Positions 1 to 11,467 of a stretch of 64,000 nucleotides of DNA are shown here, in pieces. A program made the position numbers and the translations under genes. Every line of letters starts with the position of its first letter. Within the stretch, counting starts at the first letter, position 1. The notes below the pieces were generated by a model. That model was not told the DNA's origin. It saw nothing but the letters and a program-made list of their open reading frames with translations, and made no database searches. This DNA is from Eledone cirrhosa (lineage: Eukaryota): positions 409,076,001 through 409,140,000 of the forward strand of contig OZ024740.1 of NCBI GenBank assembly GCA_964016885.1, written 5' to 3'.

Positions 1-214
1 AAAACATAAAGATTAACCACCAAATCTAACCATTTACTATAAACCATGACTATTGGGACTGAATTGCTGCCAATATGGAACATGCAGCTGCAATTTGAGG
101 TAGCCATAAGATCTACCAAATGAAAAATACTAGGCAAACTATGGACAGTACTACTTGCAACACTTATCACTAATCTTGAATATTATATTTATTGGTGGAG
201 AGAATTCTTATAAG

Positions 215-660
215 GCTTGCTCAGCAGAAATCCATATTGCCCTCCGAAAGAGTCCTTGCCATACACAATGGTGAGATTTTGGAAAAAGTTGACGTATTCA
301 TATATCTTGGCATTGCCTGCACTGTCATAGGCCAAATTAAAGATTAAATGTCTGCATCAGCTATGCAAGCACTGCATTCTGCTTTTTTTCTTTCTAAAAC
401 TGGCCCTGGCCTATGTTGGAGAGATATCTGACCACAAAAATTTGCATCTTCTGACTTCTTATTTGTACCATCTTTCCATATGGCTTCAAGATGTCACCAA
501 TGAGAACAACTGACTTGTGTAATATTTGATCATTTCTATCTTTACCAAATCTTCCATATTCTCAATTTTGTGCTAAACACCACTATTCGTTTTCCTTGAA
601 AAACTCAGAAGGTATTTCCATTGGTTTGGTCATGTATATGTGTGTGTCATCTATTATGGA
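215..660 (+). pseudogene. Highly decayed LINE (RTE-like) RT C-terminal fragment
   Basis: ttggaaaaagttgacgtattcatatatcttggc reads LEKVDVFIYLG, the motif after the RT core. Later cattggtttggtcatgta reads HWFGHV. Multiple stops and frameshifts. Confidence 0.45.
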
Positions 661-950
661 GGTAGTTGGCAAGAAAGCCCCATAAAAATAGTCGTTTTGT
701 TCATCTGTCACTTCACATTGGGGTTCATATGCAGAGATCAGTTACCTATGCCTAGTCAAGCTTGATTATTCTGTCACCTGTTCTGACTACTTCAATTGCT
801 TTTTCATATCCATGCTAGTGTGGAATGTGGACGTTGAACAGTGATGATGATGAGTCATGTGTTTGTATAAATCTTTTGTGTATATATACATATGTTGTTT
901 AAATATATATAAATATTCAAATATATGTTGCTACTTTTTTACCATATATA

Positions 951-2011
951 CAAAGGTGGGCTGAAAAGTTCAAAGTTCATGGGCTAACTATGAAGGGGTG
1001 ATGCTAGAGCTGTTAAATCTTGCATGCATTAATTTCAACTCATTGTTTCTCTCCAGGTAAGATGACTTCAAAAGTAACTAGTGTGACTTCTCTTGAAAAT
1101 GGGCAACATTTGGCAACATGGTGTTATCAAGTATCTGCAGAAAAAGGGTTTAGCCTTTAAGGACATCCAAGCTGACATGGTTGCTATATTATGGGGGATG
1201 ACACTCCAGCTTTATCAACAGTGTAAAAGTGGGCAGCTGAATTTAGGAGGGGAAGGGAGAGTCTTGAAGATGACCCAAGGTCTGGACGTTTCTGCTTAGT
1301 GGGTGCCACGTTTTCAGACCCCTGATCACAAAGCTCACCAGGCTGATCACATCACAGGAAAATCTGACATCGTTTGAGGCAGATCCAGCTGGTTTTCTTG
1401 AATGTTTCCTAACTCAGGATGAGTGTTGGGTTCATCACTGAGCCAGAGGCAAAGAGACAATCCATGCAGTGGAAACACCCCTCCTCACCTGCTCCAAAGA
1501 AGGCCAAGTTCGTTTCATCTGCATGGAAGGTGATGGACTCACTTTCGGGAGATACAAAAGGCATTGTGTTTATTGACTAACTTCAAAAGGGCCACACCAT
1601 CAATGAATAGTACCATGCCAACTTGTTGAGGCAGTTACAAAAGGCTATCAAGACAAAACATCCAGAAAAATTGACAAAAGGGGTCTTGTTTCATCAAGAC
1701 AATGCTCCAGCACACAAGTCCTTGGTTTCAATGGCTGCTGTGTGTGACTGTGGCTTTGAATTGGTTGATCACCCTCCTTATTCTCCTGATTTGGCCCCAC
1801 CTGACTAGATAGCTGGGAAACAGTATTGCAGTGTTGATGACGTCAAATCTGCAGTTTATGACTTTTGTTACCAACAGGATAAGAGGTTCTTTACTACTGG
1901 GATCGAAGCAGTGCAACATCGATGGAAGAAGTGTGTGGGCTGCAAGGAGGACTATGTTGAAAAATAAACCTCATTTGGTCACATTCTGTGTGTGTCTATG
2001 AAATGTTCAGC
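951..2011 (+). mobile_element. Decayed Tc1/mariner (mariner-type) DNA transposon
   Basis: Left end TA|caaaggtgggctgaaaagttca; partial inverted copy ctatgaaatgttcagc at ~1996-2011. Transposase motifs QDECWVHH (~1415), FHQDNAPAH and HPPYSPDLAPPD (ORF 1623-1808). Frameshifted. Confidence 0.9.
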
Positions 2012-2700
2012 ATTACAAGGCAGTGTGTCAGTGTGAATCTGGATGTTGTTAAGGAAATGTGCGTTAGAAATTACACTGGTGCGCTTAGAAAGAGAACTGA
2101 CAAATGTAGAGAATGAATGGAAGGAAGAGAGACTACCCCAAACTTACCCAACAGAAAGACCAGCTATTGAAATTGACACTTATAAGGTCAAAAAAGCAAT
2201 CAAGGAGATGAAGAATGGTAAAGCTGCAGGACCGTCAGAGATAGTTGCCAAGATGCTAAATCATTGGGAGAAGTAAGAGGCGAACTAGTGACCCGCGTAG
2301 TCAGTCAGGTAATATAGGACGGACTCATACCCAATGAGTGGCGCAGCAGTACAATCATAAATTGCTACAAGATGCTCTAGAAAGGAGCAACTATAGAGGA
2401 ATAAAACTAATGGACCAAGTTATGAAAGTGATGGAAAGAACTAGCACAACTAATTAGGGGAAAAGTCATATTAGATGAGATGCAGCTCTGCTTTGTGCCT
2501 GGAAAAATTACTACATTTGCCTTCTTCTTATTGAGGCATCTACAAGAAAAGTTCCTAGCTGCTGTATTTAGCTTTTGTTCTAGCAAAAGCCTTTGCCAGA
2601 GTTCCCGTTTTGTTATCTGGTAGTCCTCAAGAAAATTAGATGTATAAGAATGGCTAGTGAGAGCATTGCAAGCCATATACACAGTTGCTGTCAGTAATTT
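2012..2700 (+). pseudogene. Decayed RTE LINE fragment (RT N-terminal part)
   Basis: ENEWKEERLP..., MKNGKAAGPSEIVAKML and NYRGIKL align by eye with the intact ORF at 16263-19541. Stops and frameshifts present. Confidence 0.85.
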
Positions 2701-2714
2701 ATTAAATAAATATG

Positions 2715-2749
<35 letters not shown>

Positions 2750-4744
2750 ATACTCACACATACATATTTATTTGATAAATTACTTTTACAGGGATTAGTT
2801 CTGATTCTATCCCATCTTAAAGAATTCATCTAGATATTTGTGTATATATATATATATCGTGAGCACTTCATTTGTCTTTGTAACTAATTTGCATCTCTAT
2901 ATGTTTATTATTCCAGAATTCCGGATTTGGACCCACTGAAGCACCTGATGATAAATCCCTTGTAGGGTTCGCTCAACTGACGATAAATGACTTAGCGGGC
3001 AACAGCTCCCTCTAACCCTGGCTTCTGATTTAGGAATTCTGTGATAACCTGTTTTAACTTAAAATTATTCTCTAACCATATAAGGGAGAAAGGAACAAAG
3101 AGATCAGTTGGGCGTTGCTGTTATTGTATTGAATAAATTTAGATTTTTAATGCACAACAGATATATGTGTATACACACTTACACCTTACATTATATACAT
3201 ATATACATGTACACACACGTATGTGTGTGTATATATATATATATATAAACATATATACTCACATACACATATATACATATATGTATATCACTTTAATGCA
3301 GTCATGAGACTGGAGTAAATTTATTAATTAAAAATAAAGATTCAAGTGAAAAGCAAAATCAGCAATAATGTTAACAAAATATAATTCTTATAATGATGAT
3401 GATGATGATTATAAAAACAATAATAATCAATTACAATATTGATGATGATTATAATAAATAAATGATAATGATAATACAGTGACTTATGGTCTGTTAATGT
3501 TATGATGATAGTAGTTGGTGCTGGATTTTGAAGTTACATAGTAAGTTTAGTAATTGGGTTGGTGGTAAATGTGTGTGTGTGTGTGTTTGTGTTTGATGAG
3601 GTAGTCTAGGAAACCAAGAAATTACTGCTACTACTACTACTAATAATAATAATAATGATAATAAATTTGCTATCCTAAGAAAGATGAAAGAAACCAATAA
3701 ATAGATTAAAATAAGAAGAGAATTAAGCCTTGCATGTATACGTTACATATACATAATATATGTACATGGGTGAGGTAAACAGATATTACATAACCCAAAC
3801 TGCAGCTTAATTTGGTTGGTTGACCATGGACATCAGCAGGCTTGAAAGTAATAACCTGACTCTAGGCAGTGTAGATTATCAATCATCAGTCATAAATTTG
3901 GGGTACATCTTGTTTGAAATTCTCAAAGAGGAATTTGTTTGTTTGACAGCAAGTGAACACCAGAGTTCTTTTTATTTAAAATTGGGAAAGGGTAATGTTA
4001 TTCCTTCTCAATTTTACATTGTTTTTTAACAATCTAAAATAAGACACTCTTCTTATGCATAACAGACTATAACTGTCAATCTACATTGTAGTTCGAGTTA
4101 TCTTGTTTCTCTATCTGACATATATAAGACACTATACTTTCAACATAGGTGTTTTATTGAGCACTTTTATTTTCCTGTACCACAACACAAGCATATAGGT
4201 GTTTTGGTGTGTGTATATATATATATATATTACATACATATGTAACATACATTTGAACATGCATGTATAGCATACACATGCAACAAATATGTGTATGTAG
4301 ATGGTGATAATATATAATCAGCTTTAGTAGGTAGAGGGAATTGTGACTTTGGTGTCCTCTATGACTGAGGCCAGTGAAGGTGTTTGTATGACAGGTGGTA
4401 CCAGTAGTGACTGCGACTAGTGCTGTATCCATACTGGCAATATGTTACTATGTGATCACCCATACTGACTGCTGGAACCTTTACTTGCTCTGTGTAGTTG
4501 TGGGAAGACTATCTAACAGTAAGAAATAATTGCTACAACAAATATAACCATCTTACACATTCTACTGTAAGAAAACCAATGTGTGGCACACAAATATAAG
4601 AATCTAGAGCATTATCTTGTAATCTGATCACTTAACTCTTTTCCTAATGGATCTATACAACCAGGTTCTGCTGACCTGGTCATAAAGTGAATTAATCAGT
4701 AAACTAACAACTTACATAACAACCGTAAAATATTTTTAGATATT

Positions 4745-4858
4745 AAATTAGAAATAGAAGCTTTCACCGTATTTTTGACTAAAGAAATTTTAGCCTGATA
4801 GTGGGGTTTAGAACCTTCTAAGAAATAGAAATACAGCGAAAGCTTCTATTTCTATTTT
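4745..4858. repeat. Short inverted repeat (~30-bp arms), possibly a MITE or Penelope-tail remnant
   Basis: aaattagaaatagaagctttcaccgtattt (4745-4774) is the near reverse complement of aaatacagcgaaagcttctatttctatttt (4829-4858). Confidence 0.6.
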
Positions 4859-5371
4859 TAAAGTCACTTGTTGTTTCAAAATTATCTTTTAGATATTGTT
4901 TTAATGTCACTTGATGGGTGATAAAGTCTATGAGGTTATGAAAAGTTACCTAGTATCAGTTTCATATTAATTGAAAGAAATTCATAAATGTCTAATGGAA
5001 ACACTATTTTAGTAACTGTAAATTTGTTTTATTTTGCAAAACTTGCAAACATTAAAAAAAGAATTATTTTGAAACAGAGATAAAGAACTGACAAAAATGT
5101 ATAATATAAATAATTATATAAAATGAACTTAAAAAGTACATAAGATAAATGTGTGTATACAAAAGATTTACTGTTGTAATTGTGAGTGGAAACAAGATGG
5201 TCGTTAAGTGAACAGTTACTGTAATTTGATTCTCATTTAGTGTGATTACTTCCCATCTCTTTTTTTTTTTTTTTAATCTTAAAATTGGCTCAATCATTTA
5301 ATTTTTGTTATATCTGATCATATTAATATTATTCAGATATAATCACTGTCTCAGCATTATAAGTACTTTAA

Positions 5372-5602
5372 CCCTTTTGTTATATTTTTAATGACTGCCA
5401 CTGATTTTCAAATAAATCTGAGAATGATCAATTTTGAGTGATTTAGTAATATAACTAATTTTCTCATTATTAAATTAAATTGGTATTTGGAACATAACTT
5501 AAGGGGTTTTAAATATACTTATAATGGTAAGGTTTTAGTTAAATATAAATACTTTAAAATAAACAGCTTTGTATCATTGAATCAGGATTGCTATCAAAAG
5601 AC
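5372..5602. mobile_element. Degenerate TTAA-flanked MITE (piggyBac-like termini)
   Basis: ttaa|cccttttg ... caaaagac|ttaa; the right end is degenerate. Termini resemble 45007-45219. Confidence 0.35.
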
Positions 5603-6325
5603 TTAAGATTTTTTTTTTTTTTTTTTGACATACTTTTAGTAAGGGAGTATACACATGAAAGTGAAATTGAAGGGTTGAGGGAACTACTACCTATACACAT
5701 TTCAATCAAGAAATACACACATATATGCCTGTAGGTACATCCTTTGTCTTTAATAGTAATTTTTAAAGCAATATGATACTTATTATATTAGTGAGTCACC
5801 ATTTTGTTTAAGTGAAAAAACCAGTTTCATAGTGTCAAGGTATTTCTTTTTTAATCATTGTAATATCTTCAGCCCTTTACACACACAAACATGCACACAC
5901 TACCTGCTGTGACCTATGTAAAAATTATAAAGTAATTTTCAAGAAAAAAAATGAAATATGGAAAACGAAAAAAACAAAATACCAAATAAAAATAGGAAAC
6001 CTCATGAAATTTAATGTTTGAAGCTGTTTGTATCTGTTATCTATCTAATCAAGAGAGTGATGATTTTAGAAAGCATATCCAGTCACATTGCTATCCCTTG
6101 CTAATTTTGCTGTGCATCACATTAATATCTGGTGCTAATAATCTCTCAAGTAATCTATTATTCGATGTCAAAGTTTCACATTGTTACAACTCCTGGTTTC
6201 TCATTCAGGAGAATGAAACTCAGATTTGTGGTGAAATGAGACTTTAGATTCGAATGAATGAACAAACACTATTTACTTAATGTATTAAATGTTCTTTCTT
6301 TCTCCCATTTGTATACCAGAATGGC

Positions 6326-6327
<2 letters not shown>

Positions 6328-6388
<61 letters not shown>

Positions 6389-6405
6389 TACATACATACA
6401 CATAC
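6328..6405. repeat. (CA)n microsatellite followed by (TACA)n
   Basis: Direct reading. Confidence 0.95.
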
Positions 6406-6679
6406 ATCACGATTATGTGGAGAGCAGTATATAATTACTCCCTTGGAAACCTTGCCAAAACTAAAGGAAGATGTAGATGATAATTCTTATGGAAAGCAAA
6501 TTTGCTTTGAACAAAATAAAGACTACTGATTTAAAAAAAAAAAAGAGGCAAACATATATATGGATTATTTTTCCTTGTTTATTTATTTTCACCATGATCA
6601 TAATGTTTGTATTCATTTTTGGGTTTTAGTATTGTTTGAAATGTTTTGTTTTTATGAAGCACAATGTGTTGTGGAAATA

Positions 6680-7375
6680 GTAAAATTTAAATTGGAAGTG
6701 GTGTCATGACTGGCAGGTGTAAAATCAGTTGGCTGGGATTTGCAGACGACATGGTGTTACTTAACTCAACAGAAGGTGATCTCCAACTTGCACTTGATAG
6801 TTTTGATGCTAAGTGCTGCATAGCTGGAATGAAAATTATTGCTTTGAAAACTGAGACACTCGTCCTCTCAAGGAAGCCTGCACAGTACACTCCACATGTA
6901 AATGGAGTTCCATTGAAGTAGGTAAAGAAGTTCAAGTATCTTGGGACTGCATTCAAGAGTGATGGAAGGCAAGAGGCTGAATTAAGTGCAAGAATTGCAG
7001 GAGCTGGTGCAGTAGTGTGCCAGCTTTGGCATTCAGTAATCAGAAGAAGTGGGGTAGGCGTAAAAGCCAAACTTGCTATCTTCAATTTGGAATTCGTGCC
7101 ATCTCTTACCAATGGTCATGAATCTTAGGTAATGACGAAAAGAATACAATCATGAATGCAAGCAGCCAAATTGGGGTTCCTCCAAAGGGTCTTTGGAATA
7201 ATGTTACTCAATAGATTGTGTAGCTCGAAGATGAGAGAGTCACTCCTGGTAGAGCTGCTACTTCTCCGAATTGAGAGATCACATCTCCGATAGTATGGGC
7301 ATGTGGTTAGAATGTCTTAGGAAAGAATCGTTGGACAGATTTTACGGGCAAAACCAACTGGCAGGGTACCCAAGA
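6680..7375 (+). pseudogene. Decayed RTE-clade LINE RT fragment (second family, no PHD insert)
   Basis: LGFADDMVLL, VKKFKYLG, GHES*V and *YGHVVRM motifs with in-frame stops. Confidence 0.85.
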
Positions 7376-8089
7376 TTATATCATTAACATTTTTTTTTTT
7401 TTTTTATAAGCTGATCGGATGCAGTTTAGAGATTTGGTTGCTATTTCTAGTATATTGAATGATTGCAAATGTCATCCCTTCCTGTTGGTCAATGTATCAT
7501 GGTAATTTATGAGGAAAATGAGTTTGGCTGAGTAGAGGTGTGAAGATTTATGATTATTCTGAATAGGTAGACCAGTGATGTAACCACTTGGGCCAACATG
7601 AAGTTTCTACTTGGTTACTTAACCTGCTAGAAACAGAAATACTTATAAAATTCACTACAATCTTTCAATATTCTAGACAATATAGTCCTGGGTTACGGTC
7701 AGAAATAGGTAGGATTGATGCGACTGTAAAGCCAGGTGAACAATGAAAATTGGGCACTGATCAACACCTGGTTCATGATCACATATAGAAGGTATTTGAA
7801 GGTAATGACCCTGCATGCAGTAGATAATTACTTGGAGACATAAGAACATTGAAGTGAAATATACTTAAACTGAAATAATAGCATAACAATTCCAATAAAT
7901 TAGACTCATTTCAGATGCATACCAAATTTTAGGTGAGCAGTTTGAACAGTTGCAGCACCAAAACTATGCTTCTACATTCATCTTCATTCAGTGGTGTTAG
8001 TGTAATGATGAGGGCAGATAGGAGAGAGTTTATTTAGCAGAGGTGATCAAGTTGCATATGCAATATTGAGAAACTTTTTAAACCAATGA

Positions 8090-8320
8090 GAGATGTGGTT
8101 ACAATGTCTCAGCAAAGAATCGCTGGACAGATTTTATGCGCAAAACCAACTGGCAAGAGACCCAGGGGTCGGCCCCGAGCAAGGTGGTTGGATAACATCC
8201 ATGAGCTTGGTTTGTCTCGCTTAGGGATCCAGCCAGATCAGTTGGAGACTGTTGCTTTTGACAGGACCCACTGGAAGGAGTGTTTGAGGACTGCCTCACA
8301 ACCTTCTCAGGAATAAGTGT
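8090..8320 (+). pseudogene. RTE LINE C-terminal fragment, same family as 6680-7375
   Basis: KPTGKRPRGRPRARWLDNI...DRTHWK, a typical RTE C-terminus. Nucleotide similarity to 7305-7372. Confidence 0.8.
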
Positions 8321-9009
8321 GCAAAGAAAAAGGGAGATTCCTCCATCCCCTACAATACTGAACTTAAACATCCTGCACTGGTGCAGCTGGTTTCACTGGC
8401 TAGAGTTCAACTTGTCTTATGTTGACATAAGTACACCCTACTGTTATAAAAGAAGAAAGATACAATTATATTTCGAATACAAACACAACTTACCAACTCA
8501 TCCTCTACCAACTGACAGCTGGACTACCAATTACTGACTAACTTTATTTTTTTTAAATTAATGAGTATATATATATATGTGTATCTGACTGATAAAATGA
8601 CAAGTCAGTCAATCATATTGATAGCCTCCCCACAGCCCCAGTGGACAGAATGGAGAAGGCGTTTCCCTGGAGGACGGCAAGAGAGACGCGCTGGAAAAGC
8701 CATTCCAGCTCGCGAGGCTCACACCTGCGGCTGGCTAGCACAGCGCCTATGGTGGTTTCACAAAAGTGACACACACATACATGTATAAAGAGAGAGAGGG
8801 ACAACTCAGCTGTGATCAAGCACAAGATGAAACTTGTATTGCAAGTAACTGCTAAATATTGTTATTAAATAAATTATTTCACTCTACAGAGAAAGAGGTC
8901 TCTATCAGATAATGTTTCCATCCTGTAAAAAAACAAACCTCTATATGCCTTACATGTACATTATGAATATACTTGGATATGTATGTATAGCTTTGATATA
9001 TATATACAT

Positions 9010-9395
9010 GTGCTCTCTGGTCATGTCCATATTGTATGCCTGTGAGTCTTGGACAATAACAGCAGATCTGGAAAGAAGAATACAAGCCATCTCCAATGAG
9101 GAGGTGCAAAACAGAATTTGGCAAGCCATCAGGCCCTACAAAGACCTACTGACCATTGTAAAACCACGCAAATTGAGATGTTACGAGCACGTGACGATCT
9201 TCAGGGCTTGCCAAGACTGTCCTGCAGGGAACAGTAGAAGGAAGAGAGGCAGACAGAGAAAGCAATGGGAGGACAACATCCTGGTATTGACTGGCATGAA
9301 GCTGGGTGCAACCATGAGGAATGGAGGGAGTTGGTTGTCAGGTCATCTGTGGCCCTCAATGGTCCACCAGACTACGGGACACATCAGATATGATG
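9010..9395 (+). pseudogene. Decayed RTE LINE 3' fragment
   Basis: SILYACESWTITADLERRIQA ... RKRGRQRKQWEDNI. Confidence 0.8.
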
Positions 9396-9464
9396 TATAT
9401 ATATATAGCATCATCATCATCACCACTTAACGTCCATTTTTCCATGCTGGTATGGGTATATATA

Positions 9465-9860
9465 TATACACTATTCATTATAGTCCTCCAAGAGGGTGAG
9501 GGATTGGCAGTATCGGCAGAGGGTCAGACACCAAGCTTTGCAGCATAGTGTTACGCCGTTTTACAGTCTGAGTTCAAATCTCGCCGAGGTTAACTTTGCC
9601 TTTCATCCTTACGGGCTCGATAAAATAAAGTACCAGTAATGTACTGGGGTAGATTTAATCAACGTTCCCCTCCCCCCAAATTACTGGCCTTGTGCCTATA
9701 CTAGAAATCATTATAGTCCTCCAAGTTATAACAGGAGTTTAAGACTGCCCATGGGAACTTCTGATGATCTGGTCCTTATAGCCGAATCAATTACAGACGT
9801 AGAAAATAAACTCCGACTATGGAAACAAAACTTAGAATCAAAAGGACTAAGAGTAAACAA
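9465..9860 (+). pseudogene. RTE RT fragment interrupted by a SINE
   Basis: LFIIVLQ | VITGV.DCPWELL...LIAES...WKQNLESKGLRVN matches the RT core of the intact element. Confidence 0.75.
9493..9712 (+). mobile_element. tRNA-derived SINE with target-site duplication
   Basis: A-box-like tggcagtatcgg, B-box gagttcaaatc, body ctttgcctttcatccttacgggctcgataaaataaagtaccag. Flanked by direct repeat tcattatagtcctccaag (9475-9492 / 9708-9725). Confidence 0.9.
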
Positions 9861-9889
9861 TTTTGAGGGATAAATGCACGATGGTTGCT

Positions 9890-10880
9890 TATAACACTAA
9901 ATAAAACTGGCAGTAATTAAGGTTTTCGTCATGCTGAACCCTAATAACACTAAATAAAACTGGCAGTAATTAAGGTTTTCGTCACGCTGAACCCTAATAA
10001 CACTAAATAAAACTGGCAGTAATTAAGGTTTTCGTCACGCTGAACCCTAATAACACTAAATAAAACTGGCAGTAATTAAGGTGTTCGTCACGCTGAACCC
10101 TAATAACACTAAATAAAACTGGCAGTAATTAAGGTTTTCGTCACGCTGAACCCTAATAACACTAAATAAAACTGGCAGTAATTAAGGTTTTCGTCACACT
10201 GAACCCTAATAACACTGAATAAAACTGGCAGTAATTAAGGTTTTCGTCACACTGAACCCTAATAACACTGAATAAAACTGGCAGTAATTAAGGTTTTCGT
10301 CACGCTGAACCCTAATAACACTGAATAAAACTGGCAGTAATTAAGGTTTTCGTCACACTGAACCCTAATAACACTGAATAAAACTGGCAGTAATTAAGGT
10401 TTTCGTCACACTGAACCCTAATAACACTGAATAAAACTGGCAGTAATTAAGGTTTTCGTCACGCTGAACCCTAATAACACTGAATAAAACTGGCAGTAAT
10501 TAAGGTTTTCGTCACACTGAACCCTAATAACACTAAATAAAATTGGCAGTGATTAAGGCTTTCATCACGTTGACCCCTAATAACACTGAATAAAACTGGC
10601 AGTAATTAAGGTTTTTGTCACGTTGTCCCCTAATAACACCAAATAAAATTGGCGGTAATTAAGGTTTTCGTCACGTTGACCCCTAATAACACTAAATAAA
10701 ATTGGCAGTAATTAAGGTCTTCGTCACGTTTACCCCTAATAACACTAAATAAAATTGGCAGTAATTAAGGTTTTTGTCACGTTGACCCCTAATAACACTA
10801 AATAAAATTGGCAATAATTAAGGTCTTCGTCACGTTGACCCCTAATAACACTAAATAAAACTGGCAGTAATTAAGGTTTT
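9890..10880. repeat. 53-bp minisatellite, ~18-19 copies
   Basis: Unit taataacactaaataaaactggcagtaattaaggttttcgtcacgctgaaccc; starts at 9942 and 9995 give period 53. Confidence 0.97.
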
Positions 10881-11103
10881 CATGTGTTTTCAAACAATCT
10901 GACCATAGATACGCCGGCTAGCGACCTTTTTTCAGAAAATGGAATTGGGGGAGAGGAGATTTTACTGCTTTTTCTAGTACAGTGACTCTGTGGAAGGTAC
11001 ACTTGCAGGCTTATACATTCATATAATTTATATATGAGCCTGTTATATAGGCATGTACACACACACACACACACACATATATATTATATATGTGTATTAT
11101 ATC

Positions 11104-11290
11104 GTGGATTGGCAGTATTGGTAGAGAGTCGGACACCATGATTTGAAGCATAGGGTTACGTCCCTTTATGATGAGTTCAAATCCCGCCGAGGTTAACTTT
11201 GCCTTTCATCCTTACAGGGTCGATAAAATAAAGTACCAGTAATGTACTGGTAATTGCTGACCTTGTGTCAAAAAGTAGAAACAATTATAG
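11104..11290 (+). mobile_element. tRNA-derived SINE, same family as 9493
   Basis: Same head, gagttcaaatcccgccgagg B-box region, body and agaaacaattat tail. Confidence 0.9.
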
Positions 11291-11467
11291 ATATGTATTC
11301 ATCATCATCGTTTAACGTCCATCTTCCACGCTTGCATGGATTTGTATATATATTATATATATGTATATATATGTATATATATTATATATTTGTATATATT
11401 ATATATATGTATATATTATATATATATATATATATGGATATATATATATATATATATATATGGATAT

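Noticed and set aside
2935-3010. CTGATGA / CTGACGA words suggesting hammerheads
   Set aside because: No correctly placed GAAA or closing stems.
3000-6650. Host-gene exons in the less repetitive AT-rich stretch
   Set aside because: Only short ORFs built from microsatellites or lacking domains. Small exons cannot be excluded without RNA-seq.
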